A DNA stretch of 47,034 bases, taken from NCBI GenBank assembly GCA_022361115.1, contig JAKSBL010000019.1, forward strand, positions 1 through 47,034, in the 5' to 3' direction. Below the pieces are notes generated by a model. That model saw only the letters and a list, made by a program, of their open reading frames with translations, made no database searches and was not told where the DNA came from. Shown piece by piece: positions 25,966 through 35,039 of this stretch; the first letter of the stretch is position 1; each line of letters opens with the position of its first letter. Source of the stretch: Spirochaetota bacterium (GTDB taxonomy: Bacteria > Spirochaetota > GWE2-31-10). The position numbers and the translations under genes were made by a program.

Positions 25966-26021
25966 ACCACTGGTCAAAAATCTAACCACTGAATGGTTAT
26001 TATTGGTTACAAAATAAACCA
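25952..26021. promoter_or_regulatory. Candidate upstream activator sites (repeated palindromes) for the ald sigma-54 promoter
   Basis: Perfect 18-bp direct repeat tggttacaaaataaacca at 25952-25969 and 26004-26021, each roughly TGGTT-N8-AACCA. Between them lies the palindrome taacca-ctgaa-tggtta (25983-25999). The sites are 170-240 bp upstream of the -24/-12 element. Confidence 0.45.
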
Positions 26022-26191
26022 TTACTATTAAAGTTATAATCAAATTGTAATCTTATAAAAAAAAATTTACTTTATAACCTTTATAAAAATTTTTCAAAAA
26101 CTCAAAATTTGCAAAAATATCATCTTTTATCTCTCATATTAGGTTAAAACAATCATATAAACCCAAATTAAATTTCCGATCATGATTTCAT

Positions 26192-26207
26192 TGGCATGCT
26201 GATTGCT
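26192..26207 (+). promoter_or_regulatory. Sigma-54 (-24/-12) promoter of ald
   Basis: TGGCAT-gctga-TTGCT (GG at 26193-26194, GC at 26205-26206). About 37 nt upstream of the ald ATG, with AGGAGG in between. Confidence 0.65.
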
Positions 26208-26243
26208 AATTTAGTGTTCAAAGTACAAATTTAGGAGGATTCA

Positions 26244-27380
26244 ATGATCGTTGGAATCTTGAAGGAGATCAAAACTGCAGAAAACCGAGTCTGCATGACT
26301 CCTGCAGGTGTCGAAATGATGACCCAATTTGGGCACCGGGTCTTAGTAGAAAAAGAAAGTGGTGTTAGAAGCGGATTTTCTGATCAGGAGTATATTGATC
26401 ATGGTGCTGAAATTATCTATACACCAAAAGAGATTTTTGACCAGGCAGAAATGATTATGCATGTAAAAGAGCCTTTGCCATCAGAGTATGAGTTTATCCG
26501 TAAAGATCAAATTATCTTTACTTATCTTCATTTGGCTGCAAAAAAATCATTAACTCAAGCATTAATCAAAAGTAAATCAATTTGCATTGCTTATGAAACC
26601 ATTCAAAAAGCTGACCAATCGTTGCCCTTGTTAACGCCTATGAGTGAAGTTGCTGGACGTATGGCTACTCAGCAGGGAGCAAAATATTTGGAAATGACGC
26701 AAGGTGGGCTTGGTGAATTATTAGGTGGTGTTCCCGGTGTAAATCCCGGTACAGTTGTTGTCATTGGAGGCGGAGTGGTTGGTGTCAATGCTGCTAAAAT
26801 GGCTTGCGGTTTGGGGGCAAGAGTTTATTTGCTTGACCTGGATTTAGATCGATTACGCTATCTTTCTGATGTTATGCCAAGTAACTGTATTCCATTAATG
26901 TCCAATCCTGTAACTGTCCGGCAACTAATTAAAGATGCAGATCTGGTCATTGGCGCAGTTTTAATACCTGGAGCCAAAGCACCAAAACTCATATCTAAAG
27001 ATATGCTTAAAACCATGAAAAAAGGTGCCATATTGGTTGATGTTGCTATTGATCAAGGTGGTTGTTTTGAAACTTCAAAACCTACTAATCATACCCAACC
27101 CACTTATATTATTGATGGTGTCATTCATTATTGTGTGACAAATATGCCTGGTGCCGTACCCAAAACATCTACCATTGCTTTGACAAATGCTACATTACCT
27201 TATGCATTAGAAATTGCTAATAAAGGTTGGAGAAAGGCCATGTTAGAAAATGATGAAATAAAATATGGAGCTAACATCATCAAAGGCAAAGTCACTTATC
27301 AAGCTGTTGCTGCTGCTTTTGAGATGAAGTATACACCAATTGAAGAACTTTTAAATGAGAAGGCTCTTGCAAGTGTTTAG
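26244..27380 (+). CDS. ald: Alanine dehydrogenase
   Basis: 378 aa with 'MIVGILKEIKTAENRVCMTPAGV', 'GGGVVGVNAAKMACGLGA' (NAD fold), 'DVAIDQGG' and 'HYCVTNMPGAVP'. Confidence 0.93.
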   Translation: MIVGILKEIKTAENRVCMTPAGVEMMTQFGHRVLVEKESGVRSGFSDQEYIDHGAEIIYTPKEIFDQAEMIMHVKEPLPSEYEFIRKDQIIFTYLHLAAKKSLTQALIKSKSICIAYETIQKADQSLPLLTPMSEVAGRMATQQGAKYLEMTQGGLGELLGGVPGVNPGTVVVIGGGVVGVNAAKMACGLGARVYLLDLDLDRLRYLSDVMPSNCIPLMSNPVTVRQLIKDADLVIGAVLIPGAKAPKLISKDMLKTMKKGAILVDVAIDQGGCFETSKPTNHTQPTYIIDGVIHYCVTNMPGAVPKTSTIALTNATLPYALEIANKGWRKAMLENDEIKYGANIIKGKVTYQAVAAAFEMKYTPIEELLNEKALASV

Positions 27381-27514
27381 TAGTAAGAGCTCTCAATCAA
27401 AAATGATTAAAAATACAAACAAGACATTTTATGTCTATTGATATTGAAAGATAAACTATCTTTTTTATACAAATGAATCAAGAACGGTATTTAAGGTGAG
27501 AAAGGAAGTAAATT

Positions 27515-28897
27515 ATGGAAAATATTATGCAAACAATTGAAATGGTTATTGGTAAAGTCGGAGCCTTTGCCTGGGGACCTCCAATGCTGATTTTATTGGT
27601 TGGAACAGGTTTTTGGTTAACTTTTGCTTTGAGAGGAATTCAATTCAGAAAGTTATGGGGATCATTGTATTTAGGACTCATTAAACGAAAGGATTCTGAT
27701 CATGGTGAAGGGGACATCAGTCATTTTCAAGCATTAATGACCGCTTTATCAGCTACAGTTGGGACTGGAAATATAGCTGGTGTAGCCACAGCAGTTGCAG
27801 CTGGTGGTCCTGGTGCTTTGTTCTGGATGTGGATAACTGGCTTAGTTGGGATGGCTACGAAATATTCAGAAGCATTATTAGCTGTAAAATATCGAGAAAA
27901 AGATGAAGCTGGTAATATGAGCGGAGGGCCAATGTACTATATTTCCAAAGGTTTAGGTTGGAAATGGTTGGGAATGCTGTTTGCCATATTTGCTGCTGTT
28001 GCTGCTTTTGGAATAGGTGATATGGTCCAATCAAATTCTATTGCTGCAGCTGTCAACGCAACTTTTAATATCCCTCCATTAGTAACTGGAATGATTCTGA
28101 TGGTTTTTACTGCACTGGTTGTTTTAGGAGGTATTAAAAGTATTGGTATGGTAACTGGCGTTTTAGTACCTATTATGATTGTCTTTTATATGGGGGGAGC
28201 TTTAGTAATCATTTTATTAAATATTTCTGGTGTTCCTGCTGCAATTGCTTTAATAGTAAAGCATGCCTTTACTCCTACAGCTGCAGCTGGTGGATTTGCT
28301 GGTTCTGCTGTAATGCTGGCAATGAGAATGGGGGTATCTCGAGGTGTATTTTCTAATGAATCTGGTTTAGGCAGCTCTCCTATAGCTGCTGCAGCTGCCC
28401 AGACAAAACATCCTGTCACCCAGGCTCTGGTTTCAATGTCCCAAACCTTTATTGATACTATCGTAGTTTGTACTATGACCGGTTTAGTGTTAGTTCTGAC
28501 AGGTGCCTGGACAAGTGGTAAAACCGGAGCAGAATTAACAGTAATGGCTTTTCAAAAAGGTATTTGGGGAGGAAATTACATTGTTACTATTGGTTTAATT
28601 TTATTTGCATACTCCACTATTTTAGGGTGGTGCTACTATGGAGAAAAATCAGTAGAATATATTTTTGGTATTAAATCAGTCATGCCTTATCGTATCTTGT
28701 TTATTATCTTTGTTGGAGTTGGTTCAGTTGCACAATTAAATCTGGTCTGGTCTTTATCTGATACTTTCAATGGCTTAATGGCAATACCAAACTTAATTGG
28801 TTTGTTGTTATTAACACCAGTCATTGTTAAGGAAACGAATAAACATTTTCAATTAAAGAAGGAGGAACAAATAACTGGCAACAATTTAAAGAACTAA
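27515..28897 (+). CDS. Sodium:alanine (alanine/glycine:cation) symporter, AGCS family
   Basis: 460 aa, polytopic, with '[30 protein letters not shown]' and '[17 protein letters not shown]', both AGCS hallmarks. Confidence 0.9.
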   Translation: MENIMQTIEMVIGKVGAFAWGPPMLILLVGTGFWLTFALRGIQFRKLWGSLYLGLIKRKDSDHGEGDISHFQALMTALSATVGTGNIAGVATAVAAGGPGALFWMWITGLVGMATKYSEALLAVKYREKDEAGNMSGGPMYYISKGLGWKWLGMLFAIFAAVAAFGIGDMVQSNSIAAAVNATFNIPPLVTGMILMVFTALVVLGGIKSIGMVTGVLVPIMIVFYMGGALVIILLNISGVPAAIALIVKHAFTPTAAAGGFAGSAVMLAMRMGVSRGVFSNESGLGSSPIAAAAAQTKHPVTQALVSMSQTFIDTIVVCTMTGLVLVLTGAWTSGKTGAELTVMAFQKGIWGGNYIVTIGLILFAYSTILGWCYYGEKSVEYIFGIKSVMPYRILFIIFVGVGSVAQLNLVWSLSDTFNGLMAIPNLIGLLLLTPVIVKETNKHFQLKKEEQITGNNLKN

Positions 28898-29052
28898 AAT
28901 CCTTAGTTCATGTGTTATCAGGTTTTGATTTTCAAAAGACCATCATAAACATGGTAACCCTTTATTAAGGTATAGTCAGGGAGATAAATGAACTGGCTAT
29001 CATTTAAGACAGAAGTCTTAAACACAGTGAGTTGGAGAAAGAATGATTTAAA

Positions 29053-29078
29053 AGCCCAGCGATCTGCCGGGCTTTTTT
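29053..29078 (+). terminator. Probable rho-independent terminator about 155 nt after the symporter stop
   Basis: agcccagc/gccgggct stem (one mismatch) followed by TTTTTT (29073-29078). Confidence 0.5.
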
Positions 29079-29120
29079 GTAAAATATCATTGTCAGGATG
29101 TATTGTAAGGGAGTTGTTTT

Positions 29121-30374
29121 GTGAAGAACACTAAAATATTGGTTATTAATTGCGGATCCTCATCATTGAAATATCAATTGATTAGTATGCCACAGGGTAC
29201 TATGTTAGCCAAAGGCAATGTAGAACGGATTGGAGATATTAAAAAAGCTTTCATTTATCAAAAGACCAGTGATGGTAGAGAGCTCATCAAGAAATCTGGA
29301 GAAATGAAAAATAATTTACTACTTGCTGATCATAAGGCTGCTTTTCAGTATGTTATTGAAGCTTTAATTGAAAAAAAATTTGGAATTTTAAATGGTTTGA
29401 AGGACATAGATATCGTTGCTCATCGTGTTGTTCATGGTGGAGAACATTATCGCGATTCAGTAATGGTAACTAAGGAGGTTTTAAAGGTTATTGAGGATCT
29501 GTCTGATCTAGCTCCCTTACACAATCCGGCAAATGTACAGGGAATTCGTTCTGCTCTGGAAGTTTTACCTGGTGTTCCTCAAACAGCTACCTTTGATACA
29601 GCATTTCATCAAACGATACCAGAACATGCTTATCGATATGCTCTGCCAACTGAATTGTATGAGAAGTATAAAATTCGTAAATATGGTTTTCATGGAACTT
29701 CTCACCGTTATGTTGCCAATCAGGCTGTTCAAATGCTGAATCGATCGATTGAAAATACCAATCTCATTAGCTGTCACTTAGGAAATGGCTGTTCCATAAC
29801 AGCAATTGCAGGTGGAAAATCTGTTGATACTTCCATGGGTTTTACCCCTTTGGAAGGATTAATGATGGGAACTCGATGCGGAGATATAGATCCAGCTATT
29901 ATTCCTTATCTGGTTATGGATAAAGGGTACAATATTGAGGAAGTGAATACAATTCTCAATAAATGTAGTGGAGCATTAGGATTATTTGAGAAAACCAACG
30001 ATATGCGGGATATTGTAGAAGCTGCTAAAGGTGGAGATAAAAAGGCTCAATTAACCCTGGATATCTATACCTATCGGATTAAAAAATACATTGGAGCCTA
30101 TTGTGCTCTGTTGATTAAAGTGGATGCCTTGATTTTTACAGGTGGAGTAGGGCAAAATAGCTGGTTTTTAAGAGAGATGATCTGTAAGTATTTGCAGAAT
30201 ATTGGAATTCATCTGGATAAAGAACAGAATAAAATCACAGGTTGTAAGACTGGCCAGATTTCTTTTGATTATTCTCCCATCACAATCTTAGTTGTTCCAA
30301 CAAATGAAGAACAGCAAATGGCAATGGATGCTTACCAGTTGGTTGGCACAAAAAAATTAAAGAAAGTGGTTTAA
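29121..30374 (+). CDS. ackA: Second acetate/propionate kinase family paralog
   Basis: 417 aa with a GTG start after AAGGGAG. 'ILVINCGSSSLKYQL', 'AHRVVHGG', 'APLHNPAN', 'FDTAFHQTIP', 'YGFHGTSH', 'CHLGNGCSI' and 'GGVGQ'. Confidence 0.85.
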   Translation: MKNTKILVINCGSSSLKYQLISMPQGTMLAKGNVERIGDIKKAFIYQKTSDGRELIKKSGEMKNNLLLADHKAAFQYVIEALIEKKFGILNGLKDIDIVAHRVVHGGEHYRDSVMVTKEVLKVIEDLSDLAPLHNPANVQGIRSALEVLPGVPQTATFDTAFHQTIPEHAYRYALPTELYEKYKIRKYGFHGTSHRYVANQAVQMLNRSIENTNLISCHLGNGCSITAIAGGKSVDTSMGFTPLEGLMMGTRCGDIDPAIIPYLVMDKGYNIEEVNTILNKCSGALGLFEKTNDMRDIVEAAKGGDKKAQLTLDIYTYRIKKYIGAYCALLIKVDALIFTGGVGQNSWFLREMICKYLQNIGIHLDKEQNKITGCKTGQISFDYSPITILVVPTNEEQQMAMDAYQLVGTKKLKKVV

Positions 30375-30406
30375 ATTAGTAATCATTTTGAAAGTAAGGA
30401 AGGTAG

Positions 30407-30642
30407 TCACTAATAGCTGCAGAAAGACACTTAAATTATCGGGATTAGGATTTTGTTGGGTAATCCATATTTATTGTTCAGCCGTTGATTATTACAAAGT
30501 AGTCCAATAAAAAAAAATACACTCCTTTTGTATTTTATGTATTGATAAACAATCACTAATTGAAAGGTTTATCAAGTAAGATAAACCACACCCCTCCTAT
30601 GAGAATCCACGACTTTCTGTGTCTTTCTGTAACTATTAGTGA
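30407..30642. repeat. About 236-bp element bounded by 24-nt inverted repeats in the convergent ack/mtnP intergenic region
   Basis: tcactaatagctgcagaaagacac (30407-30430) matches the reverse complement of 30619-30642 (tcactaatagttacagaaagacac) at 22 of 24 positions. The interior holds further local hairpins (ggatta...taatcc, gataaac...gtttatc). Confidence 0.55.
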
Positions 30643-30684
30643 ATGAAAAGAAGAGATAAGATGAAGGTTTATTTAAGGATCAGA

Positions 30685-31542
30685 TTATAAAAACCTTTTA
30701 ATAATAACTTCTAACTTTTTTTTAGTTTTATCAGGCCAGTGCTCTTTTCCAGTCATGATAGCACCTTCTAATGCGTGATGACAGGAACAATCCTGCTCAT
30801 TTATTTTTGGAATGATCTTACCTAATAATTTATGGGTAGCAGAAACATTTTTTTTAATATTCCCAATAACCATTTCAACTGTTACAGCTTCTTCTGATTC
30901 ATGCCAGCAATCATAATCTGTAGAGAGAGCGATCGTTCCATAGCAAATTTCTGCTTCCCGAGCTAACTTTGCTTCTGGAATAGCAGTCATACCAATGAGG
31001 TCGCCACCAATTTGCCGATGCAAGTGACTTTCTGCTTTTGTAGAAAAAGCAGGGCCTTCCATACAGACATAAGTTTTATTTTTATGAAAGGTAATTCCTA
31101 ATTCTTTTGCACAAGAAGAAAAGAGTTCAATCATATTTTTACAGAAGGGTTCAGCAAAGGCTATGTGCCCAACGATTCCTTCGCCAAAAAAAGTGGATTT
31201 TCTTCCTTTGGTTCGATCAATAATTTGATTCGGAAAAACCAGATGTGTTGGCAAAATTTCTTCTTGTAAACTTCCAACAGCACTTACTGCAATTAAACTG
31301 GTGACTCCAAGCTTTTTAAATCCATAAATATTAGCCTGGTGATTGAGTTCTGAAGGGAGAATAGAATGATTTCTGCCATGACGGGCTAAGAAAGCTATTT
31401 TTTTACCTTCTAGTTCTCCGATTAAATAGGAATCAGAGGGATCTCCAAATGGAGTTGTTATTTTTTCTTCTTTTATAATTTTTAAATTTTCAATTTGATA
31501 TAAACCACTTCCTCCAATAATACCAATACTCACTTTTTCCAT
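30685..31542 (-). CDS. mtnP: S-methyl-5'-thioadenosine phosphorylase
   Basis: 285 aa with 'IGIIGGSGLY', 'FLARHGRNH', 'NHQANIYGFKKLGV', 'VCMEGPAFSTKAES', 'GMTAIPEAKLAREAEICY' and 'STDYDCW'. Confidence 0.88.
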   Translation of the reverse strand: MEKVSIGIIGGSGLYQIENLKIIKEEKITTPFGDPSDSYLIGELEGKKIAFLARHGRNHSILPSELNHQANIYGFKKLGVTSLIAVSAVGSLQEEILPTHLVFPNQIIDRTKGRKSTFFGEGIVGHIAFAEPFCKNMIELFSSCAKELGITFHKNKTYVCMEGPAFSTKAESHLHRQIGGDLIGMTAIPEAKLAREAEICYGTIALSTDYDCWHESEEAVTVEMVIGNIKKNVSATHKLLGKIIPKINEQDCSCHHALEGAIMTGKEHWPDKTKKKLEVIIKRFL

Positions 31543-31569
31543 TATTATCCTCCAATATATTTTTTTAGT

Positions 31570-32547
31570 TTACCACTCAACAATCATACCACCCCAGCTT
31601 AAACCACCGCCAAAACCCAGAAACATCACTTTATCCCCCTGTTTTATCTTGTTTTGTTTGACCGCACTATCTAAAGCCATAGGAATAGATGCAGAAGAGG
31701 TGTTGCCTAAGAATTCAATATTATTTATAAATTTGTTTAAATCAATTGCCAGGATTTTTGAAATGGATTCGATAATCCTTTTATTGGCCTGGTGTAAAAT
31801 GATCCAATCTATTTGCTCTTTATTTAATCCAGCATCTTGGATCATTTTTTTAGCTACCTTAGGAATGACACTGATGGTAAATTCATAGACTTTTTTACCA
31901 GTCATTTGAAAATAAAGATCATTTTCCCGATTTTTTATTGCCTTTGAAACAGGATTGACAGACCCGCCTGCTTGCTGGGTGATGAGATGAGAGCCATTCC
32001 CATCAGCTCCATAATTCAGGCTTAAAACACCTTTAGCATGCTCATCTCGTTGCAAGACGACTGCCCCGGCACCGTCACCAAATATCACACAGGTATTCCG
32101 ATCCTGCCAGTTTAAAATTCTTGAATAGCAGTCCGCTCCAATTACTAAACAGTTTTGATAAATTCCACTTTTTATTGAACTATAACCATTTAATAAAGCG
32201 TACATAAAGCTGGAACAAACAGAATTGATATCATATGCAGGTATTTGGGAGCAACCTAGTTTTTTTTGAATAATAGGAGCAGTTGCTGGAATGGGAAAAT
32301 CAGGAGTTGAGGTCCCCAAAACAATCAATTCCACTTCTTGTGGAGTTATTTGAGCTTTTTTTAAAGCCAGGCTGGCAGCTTCTGTCGCAATATCACTGGT
32401 TGATTGATTTTCTGCAACTACACGTCTTTCTTTAATACCGGTACGCTGAGTAATCCACTCATTAGTAGTATCTACCATTTGTTCTAAATCTTTATTTGAG
32501 ATGACTTTATCTGGTAAATAACTGCCAGTACCTGTGATTCTTACCAT
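31570..32547 (-). CDS. fabH: 3-oxoacyl-ACP synthase III (KAS III)
   Basis: 'ITGTGSYLPDKVISN', 'NSVCSSFMYAL' (Cys), 'ILHQANKRI' (His) and 'GNTSSASIP' (Asn). I chose the ATG at 32547 ('MVRITG', GGGAG upstream) over the longer 32580 start. Confidence 0.85.
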   Translation of the reverse strand: MVRITGTGSYLPDKVISNKDLEQMVDTTNEWITQRTGIKERRVVAENQSTSDIATEAASLALKKAQITPQEVELIVLGTSTPDFPIPATAPIIQKKLGCSQIPAYDINSVCSSFMYALLNGYSSIKSGIYQNCLVIGADCYSRILNWQDRNTCVIFGDGAGAVVLQRDEHAKGVLSLNYGADGNGSHLITQQAGGSVNPVSKAIKNRENDLYFQMTGKKVYEFTISVIPKVAKKMIQDAGLNKEQIDWIILHQANKRIIESISKILAIDLNKFINNIEFLGNTSSASIPMALDSAVKQNKIKQGDKVMFLGFGGGLSWGGMIVEW

Positions 32548-32677
32548 TAAAAACTCCCTGATACATCGTAGATAAGTCAATTTCGAAATAGATTATAACA
32601 CAATAAAAGGCAATGGAAATTTTTTTTAACTTTTTTTAAGTATGGTTCCATCTTTAAAATATAAAGAAGAATTGCTT

Positions 32678-33541
32678 TTAATTACTCCATTTTTTCTTAT
32701 ATTGATCCAGGAAATTGCTGATTAACTTTGCAACATCCTCTGGTCTTGAAGCAAATGTAATGTGGCCAAATTTTTGTTCGATGTGTACTTCACACTGAGG
32801 TGTTTTTTGGGCCATTTTATGAATAGTTCCGGGAAGAACTAAAATATCTTTTTTACTCCCTAATAAATAGACCGGACACTCTATTTCATTCAACCGGGAG
32901 TCCAGGTTTTTTCGGATAGTGATATGAAACTGATTTAGTACACTTTGTGGATCATTATACAGGGAGACTTCTCTGGATGTATTCATTAATTCTTCATTAA
33001 AATACCGATCAGTTAATAAGGGAATAGCTAGATAGGGAATTACAAAATTGAAGTTTAATGAAATAAAAAACTCAAAGCAGGTATAAAAAAATTTCTGAAA
33101 CCAATTATAACGAAAATTGACAGAAGAATTGAAAAAAACAAAACTTTTAATTTTAGATTTATTTCTTAAATAAAATTCCAAAGCCATGATACCGCCAAAA
33201 CTATAGCCAATTAGGTGATAGGTTTGAATACCCAATTTCTCAATTATTCCTTCCAATGCTTTTTGGTATTCTTTGAGCTGTTTTTCTGGTGAAAGGTGAC
33301 TAATGGGAGAATAGCAGTGTCCAGGGTAATCTGCAAGTAAAATGTTATAATTGCTAATATGAGGGAGTAATATCTCCATCTGACATATACTGCCGTCAAA
33401 TCCATAAAAAAAGATAATTGTTTCATAGGCAGGATCATTGACAATATACTGATAAGCGATGGTAATTTGATCGGTATGAAAAAGTTTAATATCCTCAGGT
33501 CGTTCAGGAGGGTATTGATTGGTAATTTTATTTTTGTTCAT
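32678..33541 (-). CDS. Alpha/beta hydrolase
   Basis: 287 aa with the nucleophile elbow 'GYSFGG' and a late 'GH' ('KFGHITF'). Confidence 0.75.
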   Translation of the reverse strand: MNKNKITNQYPPERPEDIKLFHTDQITIAYQYIVNDPAYETIIFFYGFDGSICQMEILLPHISNYNILLADYPGHCYSPISHLSPEKQLKEYQKALEGIIEKLGIQTYHLIGYSFGGIMALEFYLRNKSKIKSFVFFNSSVNFRYNWFQKFFYTCFEFFISLNFNFVIPYLAIPLLTDRYFNEELMNTSREVSLYNDPQSVLNQFHITIRKNLDSRLNEIECPVYLLGSKKDILVLPGTIHKMAQKTPQCEVHIEQKFGHITFASRPEDVAKLISNFLDQYKKKWSN

Positions 33542-34158
33542 GGATTATCCAGGTATTTAATTAAATCTTTTAAAGTATTGATGGTTTCCTGTTGGGCGAT
33601 TTTATCTACAATACGTGGGGCAACATCAATATGCCAGTCATTATCAAATTCTAAAGCTAAAAAAAGTTTGTCCAACCCTTTTTTTTGGATTGTCCATCTA
33701 CCAAATATCTTGGTAACATGATGAAATTGACTATTTTTCAGTTTTTGATCTCTAACTATCTCTAACGGGGGATACCACTCAATATAATAAGTATCTCCTT
33801 TTTGATAAGTTGTCAGCTCAATATAATAGTCTCTATTTTTAAAAGGAAAAAAGTTGATTACAACATAGATAATATCATTGCCAGTTGAGGATTGTGCAAC
33901 AGGCTGAAAAACAGTTGTCTTAGGAAAAACCTTCTGATATTTCTGATAATCCAGAATAAGATCGATGATTTGTTCTGGTGTGATATCTGATACAATGGTT
34001 TCTGCCCGATAGTAATGATTACCTGCTACCAGGAGACGAATATTACTTTTCTCTTTTTCTAATCGCCAGTTAATCTGGTCAAAATGGGAAGAAAAACCTG
34101 ATATTCCGATTATCAAGAGAAATAAAATTGTTAGTATATATTTGGGCCGCTTATTCAT
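33538..34158 (-). CDS. Secreted START/Bet v1-like (SRPBCC) lipid-binding domain protein
   Basis: 206 aa. N-terminal signal/TM segment 'ILTILFLLIIGISGF'. The pattern 'W.L.K....I......YRAE..V...PEQIIDLILDYQKYQKVFP' plus 'PFKNRDYYIE' resembles START domains. It overlaps the hydrolase gene by 4 nt. Confidence 0.5.
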   Translation of the reverse strand: MNKRPKYILTILFLLIIGISGFSSHFDQINWRLEKEKSNIRLLVAGNHYYRAETIVSDITPEQIIDLILDYQKYQKVFPKTTVFQPVAQSSTGNDIIYVVINFFPFKNRDYYIELTTYQKGDTYYIEWYPPLEIVRDQKLKNSQFHHVTKIFGRWTIQKKGLDKLFLALEFDNDWHIDVAPRIVDKIAQQETINTLKDLIKYLDNP

Positions 34159-34322
34159 TATTATTTAACTATACAATTGATAAAGTATGTGTTCTGTTGG
34201 CTGAATAGTAGTATTTTAAATAAAATCTGTCAATTGAATGATTCAAGAAAATAGGTTATATTAGGGGGATGCGAAATTAACTCTATCTACAATAAATCCT
34301 GGATGAAAATGTCATAAGTACA

Positions 34323-35039
34323 ATGAAAAAAATGAAAGAAACAGAACTTTTTTTGCCCATAAAATCCTACTTGGAAGCCCAGGGATATCAGGTAAATTGT
34401 GAAGTCAATAATTGTGATATCGTGGCTACTAAAAAAACAAATATGATTATTGTCGAGTTGAAAAAACAGTTTTCTGTTCAGTTGTTGATTCAGGCAATAA
34501 AACGACAGGAAATTTGTGATTCAGTATATGTAGCAATTGCTGTTGCACCAGGAAAAAGGCAGCCTCCAAATTTAGGAGGAATATTAAAAATTTTGCGTCG
34601 TTTAGAACTTGGTTTGATACTGGTTTATTTTATGAAAACCAAAAAAAAATTAGAAGTTCTCCTTCATCCTGGTGAATATATCCGCTTTAAAAAGCACAAA
34701 AAAAAACGGGCAATTATAACAGAAATCAATGGCCGGTTTAAAGAATATAATTTGGCAGGGATGACTGTTAGAGAAGAACGAATTACAGCATATAAACAAC
34801 AAGCAATACAGATTGCTTCCATTTTATTAGAATTAAAAACAGCAACACCAAAAGAATTGGTGAGTTGTGGGACAAGTAAAAAAACTCAACAAATACTATC
34901 ACAAAATTATTATGGCTGGTTTAATAAAGTAAAAAGGGGAACCTACCGGCTTCACGAAGACGGGAAAAAAATATTGCAACAATATGAGGATTTAGTTGTT
35001 CATTTTAAAGAAGAATATGATAAAATAAGAAAAAAATAA
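34323..35039 (+). CDS. PD-(D/E)XK nuclease-fold-like protein (DUF2161-like) with a C-terminal wHTH-like region
   Basis: 238 aa. 'ETELFLPIKSYLEAQGYQVNCEVNNCDIVATKKTNMIIVELKKQFSVQLLIQAIKR' carries E...D...ExK spacing typical of restriction-endonuclease-like folds and resembles DUF2161 proteins as I remember them. Confidence 0.45.
   Translation: MKKMKETELFLPIKSYLEAQGYQVNCEVNNCDIVATKKTNMIIVELKKQFSVQLLIQAIKRQEICDSVYVAIAVAPGKRQPPNLGGILKILRRLELGLILVYFMKTKKKLEVLLHPGEYIRFKKHKKKRAIITEINGRFKEYNLAGMTVREERITAYKQQAIQIASILLELKTATPKELVSCGTSKKTQQILSQNYYGWFNKVKRGTYRLHEDGKKILQQYEDLVVHFKEEYDKIRKK

Noticed and set aside
28988-29134. 48-codon ORF (MNWLSFKTEV...) with a GGGAG-like RBS in the symporter/ack intergenic region.
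   Set aside because: It reads through the putative terminator hairpin and into the ack start. It has no recognisable features and is below any reasonable confidence. The region may instead be a structured 3' UTR (hairpin ttaagac-agaa-gtcttaa at 29005-29022).
32548-32580. Longer fabH start at 32580, and likewise the 18189 start for aroA, 8225 for the GNAT gene and 20216 for the OMP-like gene.
   Set aside because: In each case the internal ATG aligns with the family N-terminus or gives a proper signal peptide, and it has a better Shine-Dalgarno-like sequence. The upstream extensions are unsupported.
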